A DNA stretch of 64,000 bases from the human T2T-CHM13v2.0 reference genome, Homo sapiens. The notes beneath the pieces are model-generated. The model saw only the letters and a list, made by a program, of their open reading frames with translations, ran no database searches and was not told where the DNA came from. The stretch's first letter is position 1. The number at the start of each line of letters is the position of its first letter. The stretch lies in NCBI RefSeq assembly GCF_009914755.1, contig NC_060926.1, one strand, 5' to 3'. Positions 1-15,678 of the stretch are shown here, piece after piece. The translations under genes were made by a program, and so were the position numbers.

Positions 1-559
1 AACCTTCCTACCTGTTAACCAAAGTACTATCTTTTCTTCTGAGAAATAAGTATAAGATGGCTAATTGGTCTCAATTTCCAATGATGATAAAGCATAAAAT
101 GGATTTGAGTTATATCTCAGAAATTTAGATTACATAGAGGGAAGTTCTTTATAATGTTAAGTATGGGGACAGGGAAAGTTGCCTCTCCATCTGTAAGAGT
201 CTCTATCAGTAGTCAGGGCTTTAAGAAGAGAGAGAAAGAATAACATTCTACTTCTTCAGGAATTTTTTGTTTTGCACTGGCAGTTCTGAGCTGTTTGAGA
301 TGCTTTAGGATGAGTTGCAGGAATTCTGGCCTGATACCCAGAGAAAGGCAGGTGGGATTCTGAGATAGACCCAATTACAATTACTTAGGGGCCACACAAT
401 AAGATGCTCTACCAAGAATGGGAAGTGAAGGAAATGTCGACTTTTCAAAGGTTAAAATGCAAGAGAAATACATTCTGGATTAGAGTAGGTAGGGTCAAAG
501 TCACTTGAAGAAGACAGGATGCCTCCTAGGCTAGAAACTCTCCATTACAATCTGTTTTA

Positions 560-840
560 ATGTAATTTCTGCTCTTCCTCCTTCCTGCTGCCAGGAATGT
601 GTTGAGATGGCTGGAGCTCTCCCAGCTATCTTGGATCATGGGATGACCTTGAGAAGAGAAGCCACTTTGCTGAAGATAGCAGATAAAAGTATAGCAGGCT
701 AAGATTTTGTTGACACAGAAAAGCTGCTCTAACACCACACCTAGAAAGTCTACTTCCAGATGAGAAATTGTTCTCAATTTAAGACAGATATTATGCATTC
801 TTCTGTTACATGTGGCCTAACCTAATCCAAATGAATGCAA
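560..840 (+). mobile_element. MaLR LTR relic (MLT1-like)
   Basis: Ends ttctgttacatgtggcctaacctaatcc..., typical of the MLT1 3' terminus. Confidence 0.55.
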
Positions 841-1849
841 CTAGAATTCACCATTTGGGTAAATTCCCCGAACGTATAATCACTTGGGCACTCCTAGCCC
901 AGGGCCCCATTGAAAGCAAGGAGAAGAGATCAATTGAAGGAAAAGTAAAAAAATAAAATAAAATAAAAAACAGTTTAGGAAAATACTACAGCTATCAGAT
1001 TAGCTCAATAACTGAGGTTATATTGTTAAGGAACTGAAAATATTCCTCTAACCAGCCCAAAGATGGTAAGATGGCCTTTTGCCAGACCAGAAAAAAAATA
1101 ATTTTAACTTTTAATTGGGTTTTGGTCCAAGTCACTGGAGGAAGCATAAGGGCAGCTAGGAGTAATAATAAAGGTGGAAGCTGGGTGGAGGGAAGGAGGA
1201 GGGGCAGCCTGAGGGCTTCACCTGCACTCGGGCTAACAGTCTCCTATGCAGGTGTAAAGATACAGGAATCCATGCAGCATGTCACCCAGATCCCAAAGCT
1301 GAACTAGTGAGGCCGCTCCGATGTCACCCCGAACTAACCTCATGGCAAGGGCAGCACATATGAGGAAGAATCTCTAGTTACTTTGGCCTTTTATTCATTT
1401 CAGCTGATCTATTAATTTAATCCAACCTGCTCTGAATGGAGGCTGGTCCAATTTGTCTCCTCCTGGCTGTGGGGCCTGCTTAATTAAACTTGGCATCTAG
1501 TTTATTGCCTTAGAGTCTTCCTCATGAAAGATGTCATCGAACCCCTGGAAAAGGAAGTTCTTTATAACATACCATTTTCTGGAGAGGACTTCACTTGCCA
1601 AATGGGAAAATACAGCTTGTCAGGCAGCTGGGCAAGGCATTCTTCACGCTCTGAGTGTTTTCTTTCAGCTGTTCAGTGGGCTATGGCCTGGGCTATTTTC
1701 AAGATCTACTGAGAGCCAGTGAATGGCTGTGCCCACACACCAGGCTGCATAAGCCACATAGAACTGCTGGCAACACTTCCGTGGTTGCCACTAAAAGAAC
1801 CCTTTTAGTTCTTCAGAGGTGCCACGTTGCTTTAGAACAAGCAATGAAC

Positions 1850-2010
1850 TGCTGATCTGGGTTCAAATGCTGACTCGTCCAATTAAGACATGGCCTAGGG
1901 TGACACCTCCAGGCACGTCAGCTAACCTCCCCGGGCTTCAGTACATTTATTTGTAAAATAATGAGTTTAAATGTCCTTTTTAAACGCTTTCAGCTTTAAA
2001 ATACTAGAAT
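1850..2010 (+). mobile_element. MIR relic
   Basis: ctgggttcaaatgctgactc...ggcttcagt...tttgtaaaataatgag core. Confidence 0.55.
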
Positions 2011-2079
2011 TTTGTGAGTTCTCTTATTTGGAAAAGAAAAATGAAAACTTATCTATATTTTCGTTGCATGTGACCAATT

Positions 2080-2320
2080 ATTTTTTCCAGCTTTATTGAG
2101 GCATAATTGAATAATAAAACTGTATATATTTAAAGTACACCACATGATGATTTGCTTTACATATATACTGAAACGATTACCACAATCAAGTTAGTTAACG
2201 CATCCGTCACCTCACATAGTCAACTTTGTGTGTGTGTATGTGGTGAGAACAGTTAGAACCTACTCTCAGCAAATTTCAAGTATACAATTCAATATTATTG
2301 ACTACAGCAAATTTGTATTA
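2080..2320 (-). mobile_element. Old L1M 3' end
   Basis: cagctttattgaggcataattga...tactctcagcaaatttcaagtatacaat. Confidence 0.7.
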
Positions 2321-2538
2321 CTCAAATAGCCCACATTATTTGCCAAAAGTACAAATACATATTCACAGAAAGATGAAAATGTAAACATTCCATAATCTCA
2401 CCACTGTTAATGTTTTGTGTATATCCTTCCAGACTTTTATCCAATCGTAAACATGCTAAAAATCTTTTTACAAAAAAATCACATCCTATAAACTGTTCTG
2501 TCATTTTTCACTGAACACAATATTCAAAACATTTTTCT

Positions 2539-2690
2539 AGCCAGGTGTGGTGATTCACAACTGTAATCCTAGCACTTTGGGAGGCCGAGGTGGGAGGATC
2601 ATTTGAACTCAGGAATTCGAGACCACCCGGGCAATGTAGTCAGATCTTGTCTCTATAAAAAATAATAATAATAAATAAAAAAGAAAAAAA
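2539..2690 (+). mobile_element. Alu monomer (FLAM-like)
   Basis: Left-arm-like monomer plus A-rich tail. Confidence 0.85.
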
Positions 2691-2695
2691 TTTTC

Positions 2696-2926
2696 TATGT
2701 CATATGTGACATATATATATACATGTTTAATGATCATAGTATTTTATTGTAAAAATATACCAAAATTTAACAAAACTCCTAGGCTTTTTGCTATTATTCT
2801 GTCATATATATTATTTTGCTATTTTTTATGTCATATATACATATACACACACACGTTTAATGATCATAGTATTCTATTGTGAAAATATACCAAAATTTTA
2901 CAAAACTTCTAGGCTTTTTGCTATTA
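2696..2926. repeat. Tandem duplication, period ~130 bp
   Basis: gtttaatgatcatagtatt...aggctttttgctatta starts at 2725 and 2855. Confidence 0.9.
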
Positions 2927-3031
2927 TAAATACTGCTGTATTAAACATTCAGGTATATATACCTTGTCTAATTTCTTTGTTTCCTTATGAAAAATTCCTA
3001 GAAGTAAAATCCCTGGATTTAATAATATCCT

Positions 3032-3033
<2 letters not shown>

Positions 3034-3065
<32 letters not shown>

Positions 3066-3344
3066 CAGGGTCTCTCTTTTGTTGCCCGGACTAGCGTGCA
3101 GTGGTGTGATCTTGGTTCACTGCAGCCTCGACCTCCTGGGCTCAAGTGATCCTCTCACCTCAGCCTCCAGAGTAGCTGGGACTACAGGCACGCACCACCA
3201 TGCCTGGCTACTTTTTTGTATTTTTAGTAGAGATGGGGTTTGCCATGTTGCCCAGGCTGGTCTTGAACTCCTGGGCTCAAGCGATCCATCTGCCTCGGCT
3301 TCCCAAAGTGCTGGGATTAGGGGCATAAGCCACTGCGCCCAGCC
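3034..3344 (-). mobile_element. Alu (AluJ-like)
   Basis: Poly-T followed by reverse-complement Alu. Confidence 0.93.
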
Positions 3345-6300
3345 AACAGGATCTTCTTTTTAAAGACTTTATAAATATTCCAAATTGTCCTCCAGTGAGG
3401 TGCATGAATTTACATTCCCCCAGCAATGCGTAAAAATGCATTTCCCCATCCTCTCTCTCATTCCTTTTACTTTTTATCTTTCTGATAGATACAGTCTGTT
3501 ACTTTTAATGTTGCATTCTTTCATAACCAGCAACCCACTCCAGAGAACAGAGGAAAGAGACACAGAACTTGCACCCCTAAAGATGTGGGGAAAGCTAACG
3601 CAGCCCTCCAGGTGACTACCTGAACCTTGGCTGCAGTAGCAAGCCAGGGCACTCGGAGAGCCAGAGCAGCTCACCAGCTGTCATTTAGAAAAAGTGACTA
3701 GTAGAGGGCAATATCCAGCTGCACTACTAGCACCCACTACATATTTATGTTTTTGGTTATTTGATAAATATTTATTATTTACTATGAGCCAGTAACTGGG
3801 ATCTCCAAAATAAATAATATGGTAAATTGTTACTTTATACCTATTTGCATTTTGTTTCTGCAAAAGGATTCTATTTTCGGTGTTCAACATTCAGAAGACT
3901 ATTTCATTTGAAATATTTAAGAGGTGTAGGATCCTCAGATCCTCAATGGAATAGGATCTGAGTAGATGAAATGGAATACTTCTCCAAACGATATGTTGTT
4001 TCCATTGAACCGTGAGATTAGACAGGACCTGGAGATGACATGTAGAATTGCAGAAATGCTCTAAATTGTTTCTTTGGGACCTGGGGAATTGATACAACCC
4101 AGTCCCAGCCAACTCACCACGTGGGATATGTTTTCACAAAAGGCAAAGCTATCAAGAGTTTGTATTCAGTAGTGATGGTGGTAGCACTATTAGCAGTGGT
4201 AGTAGAACATCTAACAGTTTTTACAGTGATGTAAGTTGAAATATTTTAGTGCAAAAATCTTCAGACTATTGACATAAAAAATGGAAACTTCTGAATATGA
4301 CGCTGTGGCAGCTGTTCAGTAATTCACTACAGCTGACTCAGAGAGGATTTCAAAATCAGTAGAGTTCAGCTCCTCTTCCTTACCTGCTCCCAAATAGCAC
4401 TGTCTGGTGCAATAAAAAATCAATAGTTCAGTCATGTGCATTATCTCAAAGGTATAAGGCAATACAATAAATAAGACCATCCTTTATTGCCTGCTCAGAT
4501 TTGTGGGGCAGTTTTCACATTTCGCCCTGGGCATACTACTTGCCCAGGCAGTTTTCCTTTCTGTGAGCTTTGTTCCAGTGGACCAAGGCTAAATGCCACA
4601 GCTTGCAGCTTCCAGCACAGGGTGGGGGGTGTCTATAGCAATCTTCCAAATAAATAATAGCCATTCAGGGACACAGACCTTTGTTTCAGCAGCTCAGGAG
4701 AATTCATTCTCCGTAGAGAAAACTCATTTGCTCATGGCAGTGATTCAAGCCACCAACTTCACAGAGAATATTGCTGGAGCCAAATTCTTTCTCAGTTATG
4801 GAGGTCATAGGTGAGGCAACTGTGCTTACAGGGCAAAGCTCTTTTTTGGATTCCCTTGGCTTTCTGCTTTCTTCTTTACAGCTGATTAACACCCAATGGC
4901 CATTTCTTTAAAAAAGAAAAATTCAATTTCTTGATTTAATTAACTTCCTTAACACAGTATTTACCACAGCCTGCCAGAATTCAGACAGTGATTTGAGACT
5001 TCCTAATACTTGATTTCAGTTTCAGGTAATTCATTGCTTGCAGCTCACTAAATTCCAAGTATCATCTCAGGGCTGTATGGTCAAAATCAGGTACGGACTT
5101 AACCCTTAGCTTGCACACAAGAGGACGCCTGAGTTCTGAGTCCATCAAAGGTGATTTTGGACAGCCTGAAACTTCTTGCCCTTAGTTTGACATTTTGCCC
5201 CCACTTCACAGTCAAAGCCCTAAAATCAGTCTCCCATCCGTCTCCCAATCCCAGACTGGCTGACAGCATGGGTTTCATTATTGTTCATTTTAACAAACTG
5301 TGGGGTACTTCCCTCTGCCTCATTTTTTGAACAATCAATAAACAAGTTTTTATTGAAAATCCAGAGAGCATGGTTTACTTTCTACATTTACTTAGTAGCT
5401 GTGGATTTAGACAATCATATGCATTTTTATTATTTGATTACAGCTCTTCAGTACTATATGGTGGAGGCAATACAGTATAAAGGTTAAGAGGGTGACTGTT
5501 AAGTCAGTTGCCTGTCTTCAAATCTAGGACTGACATTTAGCAGCTATGTGATCTTGGGGAAATTAATTAATAGCTCTGTGCCTCAGATCCTTCATATGTA
5601 AAATGAGGATAATAACAGTGTCTACCTTGGTGTTAAGTAGTAAATAAGTTAACAAATGGAAAGCAGTTAGAATGGGGCCTGGGCCCATAGTAAGCCCTCA
5701 TCATGAGCATTTATTAGAGGATGTCACTACTGAAAGATCATTATTTCATCAAGGGGTGAAACTGTAAATTATCTACAACTAATTGTCGTGTCAACTACCA
5801 TTCATCTATTACCCGGTTCATGGGTAATGGTGGGTGATGGAGCCACAAGGGTGACTCCTACATAAGCTCTACTTTCTGGTTGCTTGGGGATTTTGCACAT
5901 ACATCACAATCATCTGATGAGCTGCTGCATGCAGAAGTCACCCCATTGTAGCAGCCTGGCTGTGACTGAGTCAGGGCCTCATGTATCACCAGATAATATG
6001 AAGCGTCACAGTGCTCTGATATCCAACTCATTATTTCCTTTAAACCTTTCTAAATTACCTCACCATTGTCTGTAGTCTGTGCTTCTGGAAAAAGCTCAGG
6101 ACACAAGAAAGAAAACAATTCAGTCTCCTTCTAAAGAGAACCCTGAGGAAGGTGTTACTGTATACCAGTGATTGTAAGGTGCATATTTTTTTCACTTTTT
6201 TCCTCCTCTGAAATTGGATGCAGCAAGAAAACATTGCCATTGCCTACGTGTGCACAAACATGCTTATAGCTGCTCATCTGTCCCCGCAGTTGAGTGATGT

Positions 6301-6716
6301 GCATTGTTCGTAGCACAGGATTTGAGATTTATCGATGTTAAAATGTCTTTCAGATTGAGATTGAAACGAAAAGTTATCACACATACAGAAAAGCACAGAA
6401 ACAGAGCAGTGCAATATATGATTTAAGAAATAATGCCCAGTCAGCCTAAAAGAGTGCTTTCATTAAACATAAAACAAAATTCTAAGTGCTAAGAAAGCAC
6501 TGCATCATAGTTTAGTTGGCAGCATTTTCTTGTTTCTTCATGGTATGTAAAATAACGATTCATTTTACAATTAAAAGCTTTTTAGATTTGATGAAATATG
6601 ATACATTTTAGAGTGCTAGCAACAATCTGGAGAGCCTAAAATAGGTACCTTGAAATTTTCCCCAACATTCCAAATTTTCAACTTGTGGCAGAGCTAAGTT
6701 CCACCAGCACTAATAA

Positions 6717-7029
<313 letters not shown>

Positions 7030-7036
7030 ATATTTA

Positions 7037-7343
<307 letters not shown>

Positions 7344-7480
7344 GTTTTTTTTTAATAAAATAAAACTTATCTCATTGTTTAAACCTAAGCACATTTCTTT
7401 TGGCAAAAAAAGTATATTATTCTTGTAAATGTAAAATTAAGGTTTTGATGAGCTAGTTGAATTATTTAAATATGAATTAA

Positions 7481-7803
7481 AGCTGGGCATGGTAGCTCAT
7501 GCCTGTAATCCCAGCACTTTGGGAGGCAGAGGCGGGCAGATCACCTGAGATGAGGAGTTCAACACCAGCCTAGCTAACATGGTGAAACCCCGTTTCTACT
7601 AAAAATACAAAAAATTAGCCAGGCATGGTGGCGTGCACCTGTAATCCCAGCTACTTGGGAGGCTGAGGCAGGAGAATTGCTTGAATCCGGGAGGCAGGAG
7701 AATTGCTTGAATCCGGGAGGCGGAGGTTACAGTGAGCTGAGATTATGCCATTGCACTCCACCTTGGCCAACAAGAGTGAAACTCTGTCTCAAAAAAAAAA
7801 AAA
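7481..7803 (+). mobile_element. Alu (AluS-like) with internal 26-bp duplication
   Basis: Full dimer; gaggcaggagaattgcttgaatccgg x2. Confidence 0.93.
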
Positions 7804-8606
7804 GAATTAAAATAAATCTATTCCCATTAAGATGAACAAAAAAGTTTGACCATTTACCACATAAAATTGTCTTACAGTAGAATACAGACGTGCACAGGAT
7901 CCCTTCGGGAAATACATTTTGATGATGTTCTACCTCCTCAGATTTATCTTTTCCTCCCAGCCACTGAGGCAGCTCCCAACCTGACATTTCCAGACTCGAT
8001 TTGCATTTGCTTCAAGAAATTCCCACTGAAAAACCCTCCGCAAACTGAATTCACAAACACCTCCTGCCAACTTAGTGTTCTAGTCCTCCATACCCATAAT
8101 TCCCAACTCTGATTTTTGTTACTAAAGGATAGAAAGTTTGGTGTCCTACTTAGGCTGTGATGACTGACTCTCTTGGGTTCCCAGACTTCATGGAAGACTT
8201 TGCCATGAATTCTTACCAACATTTTGACACAATAATTTTAGAACTTTGGAAGAAGGTCTGATTTTAGCCTAGAGAAATCATTTTTAAGGTTGGTACTTGT
8301 CCTTCAATTAAATTTGTAAACCCCATCCTATGTCTTCTTTGACTCAATAGTGCATCACTTTCACCTATGGGCTGGTTTCTTGTATCTTGAAGATGAGGAA
8401 ATCCTGTTCATCAGCAAGTGACACTTTCCCCACTTTGCACTTCCCACTCATCAAATGGCTGTTAAGTTGTCAGGGTCCTATCACAAAGAGCAGCTCATTA
8501 ACTTTAATTATTTTTGAAATTCATTGGTTCAAAATGAAGCTAGTAGGTGCCAGAGGTTCATAGCTACAGATATTAATTAATAAGTGGAAGCTCTCATTAG
8601 CTGACA

Positions 8607-8860
8607 CTTTTTTTTTTTTTTTTGAGACACGGTCTCACTCTGTCACCTAGGCTGGAGTGCAGTGGTGTAATCTCAGCTCACTGCAGCCTTGACCTCCCAG
8701 GCTCAAGCAATCCACCTCAGTCTCTCTAGTAGTTGGAACTACAGCTGTGTGCCACCACACTCAGGTAATGTTTTTTTAGAGACGAAGTTTCACTGTTGCC
8801 CAGGCTGGTCTTGAACTCCCAAAGTGCTAGGATTACAGGTGTGAGCCACTTCGCCTGGCT
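8607..8860 (-). mobile_element. Alu (AluJ-like, internally deleted)
   Basis: Poly-T plus Alu; TSD-like agctgacacttt/agctgatacttt. Confidence 0.9.
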
Positions 8861-9791
8861 GAGCTGATACTTTTTGCCATCTTTTTTTTCCTGCCATTTA
8901 ATCAGTTCAGAGTGGGTCTAAGACTCTTCAAACTGGAAGCAGAGGAAAGGTAAGAGCTAAGTGTCCAAGACACAAAAAATCCAAGTGTCAGGCCCCAGAC
9001 AAGAGCAGAGAATTTCCCTGGCTCCTGTTCCATCATTTTCCCAACTAAATCACTATTGCGTCTGGATTTAGAAAACCCACAGATCAGTTGGTTTCCAGAT
9101 CACCTCCAGCTGATGTTTATGTTTAGTTAATTCCAGATAGAAGGTGACACTTGTGAGCTTTGCTAGAATCCCTCTGCATGGTAACCTGTTAAAATTATAT
9201 TTAATGGCTCATGGCAGTCCTCGCTCCGTGAAGATGTGGCATTTTGCTGGTATTCTTTAAACATCAAACCAGTTATAATCTGTTGTAGATTTCATTACTA
9301 AGTCCATGCTTGTTCCAATTTATCTTTTTGAAAGTAACTTCCTGCTATGGAAAAGTAGTGTCCTCCAACACTGCTAGAGGCAGTATTAATTAGTATAATC
9401 TTTCTTTGTAAATTTCTCCTTCTGCTTTTTTTTGGTACAATCTTTCTTGAAAGCAAGATAGCTGTAAGTTTCAGATGCCATAAAATATACATATCATTTG
9501 ATCAAAATTTCCACAAGTATTTTGTCCAAGGAAATTATAAGAAATGCAGACAAACACTTATCAACAAAGATATTCATTACAACATTAATTACAGTACTGA
9601 AACATTAGTAAAACCTAAACATCCTGAATAGGCCAATTTGTTAAATAAATTCAAGTACATCCATCGGAATATAATATAACCAGTGGAAGTGATATCATAT
9701 AATATTTGACACAGGAACACATATACTCTATAAAATGAAATCAAAGAACCATATTGCAAAACTATATATAATATTATTCTAATTTTATGTC

Positions 9792-9927
9792 TTTTTTTTA
9801 AATTATTTTAGAGACAGGGGTCTTGCTATATTGCCCAGGCTGGCTTCAAAGTCATGGGCTCACGTAATCCTCCTGCCTCAGCCATCTTAATAGGCAAAAC
9901 TATAGGCACATCACACTGTGCCCAGCC
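9792..9927 (-). mobile_element. Alu monomer (FLAM-like)
   Basis: Diverged reverse monomer. Confidence 0.8.
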
Positions 9928-10050
9928 TAATTTTCAATATTTCTATATGTTTATAACAGTTATGAGTGGTAGAGTTACAGTAAATTTTATTTTCATTTAT
10001 TTTTCTGTGTTTTTCCAATTTTCTGCATTGAACAACTACCCTTCTTTTAA

Positions 10051-10385
<335 letters not shown>

Positions 10386-10415
10386 ATTACATGATTTTTA
10401 AAAGAAAAGAAAGTG

Positions 10416-10720
10416 GGCTGGGCACAGTGACTCACGCCTGTAATCCCAGCAATTTGGGAGGCTGAGGAGGGCAGATCGCTTGGGCCGAGAAGTTCGAGAC
10501 CACCTGGACAACATGGTGAAGAGACGGGGGTCTCTACAAAAACTACAAAAATTAGCTGGTAGCGCGCACCTGTAGTCCCAGCTACTCAGGAGGCTGAGGT
10601 GGGAGGATCACCTGAGCCTGGGGAGGTCAAGGCTGCAGTGAGCCATGATTGTGTCACTGCACTCCAGCCTGAGTGACAGAATGAGACCTTGTCCCAAAAC
10701 AACAACAAAAAAAACAAGCA
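10416..10720 (+). mobile_element. Alu (AluJ-like)
   Basis: Full dimer. Confidence 0.9.
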
Positions 10721-11359
10721 AGCAACCTTCTTGATGCATAGCACAATGGTATGCCTTAAGTCATACAGAGTATATAAAAATCCAGTCTCTAAATTCAAAG
10801 CTTACAAAAATTAAACGTTTATAAAAATCAAGCTCTTATTCTTTCTAAAAGTTCAGGAAGGAAGGAGACTGATTTGTTGAGGGCTAGAACCTTTTGTATA
10901 TATCATGCCACTTATCATCACAATAGTGCTGTAAGGTGGCTACTATTAACCTTATCCTGTGGATGAAGACACAAAATAAGAGAACTTTAAGTAGTTTAAC
11001 TCATCTCAGTTCAAACAACAATTAAATGAGAGGATCAGAATTCAGAGTCAAGTTTCATTCATTTGTTCATTCATTAATTTATGCACACTGAGTTTTGAGA
11101 ATAAATAAATGCTTCTGGCAACTGAAAACAGAGTCTAATATAACGAACATAGACAATAATATGGAAAATATCCATAAATTCACCTTCCAGCTTAAGAAAT
11201 AAATATTTCAGATACAGAAGATGCCCCTGTGTACTTATTCCCAATTTCATTCTCTCTCTTCCAACCAGCAGTAACCAGTATCTTGAACATGGGGTTTATT
11301 ATTCCCGTGGAAGTTTTTATTCCTTTGCTACATGTTTGTATCCATAAACTATATTCAAT

Positions 11360-11960
11360 CAACCACTGTCCAATCAGGAAAATGGAAACCACTCTATGCA
11401 TTTCACAGAAAGGAGATGTAATACTGATAATTGGTTATAAAGGTATAGAAAGGAAGGGCTGAATATGCAAATGGAATAAGGGGTTATGTTCAATTTCACC
11501 CATTTATCCGCCAGATCAATTCTCTACCTTTTTTGTGCTCAGAAAAGTGGGTGATGCAGACTGCCTCACTGGACTCCCTTTATCTCTGGCTTCTGGTTGG
11601 CTTTGGCCAATGGGAAGCACTGGTAAAAGGTGAAGAGGAAGAGAAGGAGATCAGAATACCTGTTCACTTGGCTTCTTCCCTGTTGGGTTGCTACAGGTTG
11701 GCACTCCCACTGCCAAAATAGCCACTGATACTACTGAAATGCTCCTCTTCAGTCACCTACTATTGCTGCTGCTGCCATTGCTAGGAGCACTGCCAGGAAC
11801 AGAAAGAAAAATGGCATCACCCTTTCTTCTGTTTTCTAATCTCCTGCTACTGCCTTGCATTGGCAAAACCTAATCAGAATCCAACTAGCAAGGAAGCCTG
11901 CAACAGGTATGTAGCTCACAGGTTTTTAGCCTCTTGCAATACAGGAGTGGAAGCACATAA
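11360..11960. mobile_element. Ancient ERVL-type LTR relics (LTR33/LTR16-like)
   Basis: ccctttatctctggcttctggttggctttggccaatgggaagcactgg and cattggcaaaacctaatcagaatcc motifs. Confidence 0.5.
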
Positions 11961-11977
11961 CCAATACAAGTGCCTAG

Positions 11978-12630
<653 letters not shown>

Positions 12631-13485
12631 TAAAACTTTACATAGATTGTATGCTGTACATATCCTTGCTTTTTAAACTTTATACCTTTGAGATCTATTC
12701 ATGTTGATACATGTGGCTCTAGTTTTTCCATTTTAACTGCAATATTGTATTCAATAATGATATTTCTTCAAGGGAACTAGTGAAGAGAGAAACACTGAAG
12801 CACTGGCATTGGAACAAAAGAGGTATTAAAGTTACTAGATGGCAAACCACAAAAAGTAGGTAAAACTGGATTAAAGGAAAATGTTCCTAAAAGCTGTTCC
12901 TTTTTTACCTTAGGCATGTTGAGTAAAAATAAATAAATAGAGAAATAAATAAATAAGCCGTCTCTTCTTTCATTCAACATATAATAGATTCATTGAGCTT
13001 CTACCATGTCCTAAGCATTGTGCTTGACACAAAGGACAGAATATAGAATACAATCTGGTCCCTGCTCTCCAGTTTCGTCAAGGTCACAAGTACTATGATA
13101 GAAGCATGACTAGGATACTATGAAGGCACAGAACTTGATAGAAAAAAAGAGACTACAGAGTCTCTTTAAACTTAAAATTTTCTAAATACATAAAATGTTT
13201 TACAAATGGAATCCAGCAGTATAGTGAAAAATAATATGACCAAAAAGGGCTTATTTCAAGAATGCCAATGGTTCAATATTTTTTAAAACTTATAAATACC
13301 ACAGGTTAAATGGGAAAAGTCACGAATTAAGGGGGAATATGTCAAAAAGTCACTTGAAAAATTTCAGCAGCTTTTCCTAATAAAAACTTGAAGTAAAACA
13401 GGGTTAACAGGAAACCATCTTAACATGAAAAAGACTAGTTAGCAAAAAACAAACAAACAAAACACAAAACCAAGAGCAAACATCA

Positions 13486-13824
<339 letters not shown>

Positions 13825-14318
13825 AGAATTATTAAATATATTTCCATTAAGTTAAGAGTAAGATAATACTTGTAATTGTCTTGGTTTGGAAGTCAGATAA
13901 TACAGCAAAATTTTTAAAAGGAACTAAAAATTAGGCATTTTAACAAGTATCAAATTATGTACTATAATATTGCTATCAAAATAGAAGAATGTTCATGATA
14001 TATTATTAAATGAAAGGAAGGGAAGCACATCACAGAGTCCTGTATATAATACGACCCTGTTTTTGTGTGGGGGGTGGGGGCTTGGGCAAAAAGAAAACCG
14101 GTGTGTGCATAGGTGTGTATCCATTTATATTTAGCCAAAGAAGTGAAACTATATACACCACACTCTTAATATTGGTTATTTCTGAAGAGTAGAATTTGAG
14201 TATGGGAACTGTGAATTTTTTATCATTTTAATTATACATTATAATAATCATTTGTATTATTTGCCTTTCTATTATTTAAAAATGGTCTGTATCCTTTTAT
14301 AATCTAAAAATCTAATAG

Positions 14319-14615
14319 ACCGGATGCGGTAGCTCATGCCTGTAATCTCAGCACTTTGGGAGGCCAAGGCAACCAGATCACTTGAGGTCAGGAGTTCGAG
14401 ACCAGCCTGACCAACATGGCAAAACGCTGTCTGTACTGAAAATAACAAAAATTAGCTGGGCATGGTGGTGCACGCCTGTAGCCCTAGCTACTCGGGAGAC
14501 TGAGGCACGAGGATTGCTTGAGCCTTAGAGGTGGAGATTGTAGTGAGCTGAGATCGCACCACTGCACTCCAGTCTGGGTGATAGAGTGAGAGCTTGTCTC
14601 AAATAAATAAATAAA
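14319..14615 (+). mobile_element. Alu (AluS-like)
   Basis: Dimer with (AAAT)n tail. Confidence 0.92.
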
Positions 14616-15456
14616 TCGAATAAAGTAAAAAGAATTTTTAATCAGGTGGGAGGTAGTCAAAGACGGCTTCCTGGAGTTCACTGAATAAAGAACCAGTAAA
14701 AAGGGTGTTCTCTGCAGAAAACAGTAAGAGCAAAGGCATGAGACTAGATAAAGTTTTCAGGAAATCACAAAAACCTGAGGACAACTCAAGCAAATATGGT
14801 ATATGTGTCCCTCATTACTAAATTCTGGTATCTCTGGGTTTATAAGGTGGTTCTAACCAAAGAGTAGCTAACAAATTCGGCACCCTGTTGGGACTTTAGA
14901 GGCTGTAGACACACCCCTTTCATCCTCATAGAGTTCAGAACCAACTCTGTCCTTTGAAGGATAAGACATAGGGTTTAGGCAGATGGTGACTTTTGTCATG
15001 CCATTATGATGGAGAAAGCAATTCAAGTATATGGTTTAAATGTGCAGCCACAGTGTGCTTCCTAATCCTTCTTCATCCCAGCATTTACTTTTCCACTCAG
15101 TCATAGGAGGACAGCTGGACACTGCAGAGCCAGCACGGGATGTTTACCACAGAGTGAACAACAAACCTGAAAGCCTGATCTCTGCTGGTCTCACCCAGCA
15201 GGGAGAGCCAAGAGGACTGGAACCGAGCATGCTCCGTTCCTTCCCCAGACACTTCAGTGAGATCCGCCACTCCTCTCCCCAGACAGAGAAGCTGAAGGGA
15301 TACTCCCTAACTTATTTTTTGTGGCAAGCGTGTGGAAATCACCTCCCTGTAGAAGCTTGAGGAGGACAAATAAGTGTTTGTCCTAATACTCTCCAGCTTT
15401 ACGTTCTCACATGACCAATTGGGCATAACATTTAAGTCCATAGTCAAACAACACAC

Positions 15457-15678
15457 TTTTCACTTTTTTTTATAACGTCCTTTGATGTGCAAAACTTTTT
15501 CATTTTGGCAAAGTGCAATTTATCTATTTTTTTTTTGTTGCCTGTGCTTTTGGTGTCATATCTAAGAATCTATTTCCAAATCCAAAGTCATGAAGTTTTC
15601 CCCATATGTTTTTTTCTAAGAGCTTTTATGTTTTTAACTCTTATACTTAGGTTATTAATCTATTTTGAGTTGTCCCAG
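15457..15678 (-). repeat. Isolated L1M fragment that is a near-identical copy of 20080-20286
   Basis: Direct alignment by eye over ~210 bp. Confidence 0.9.
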
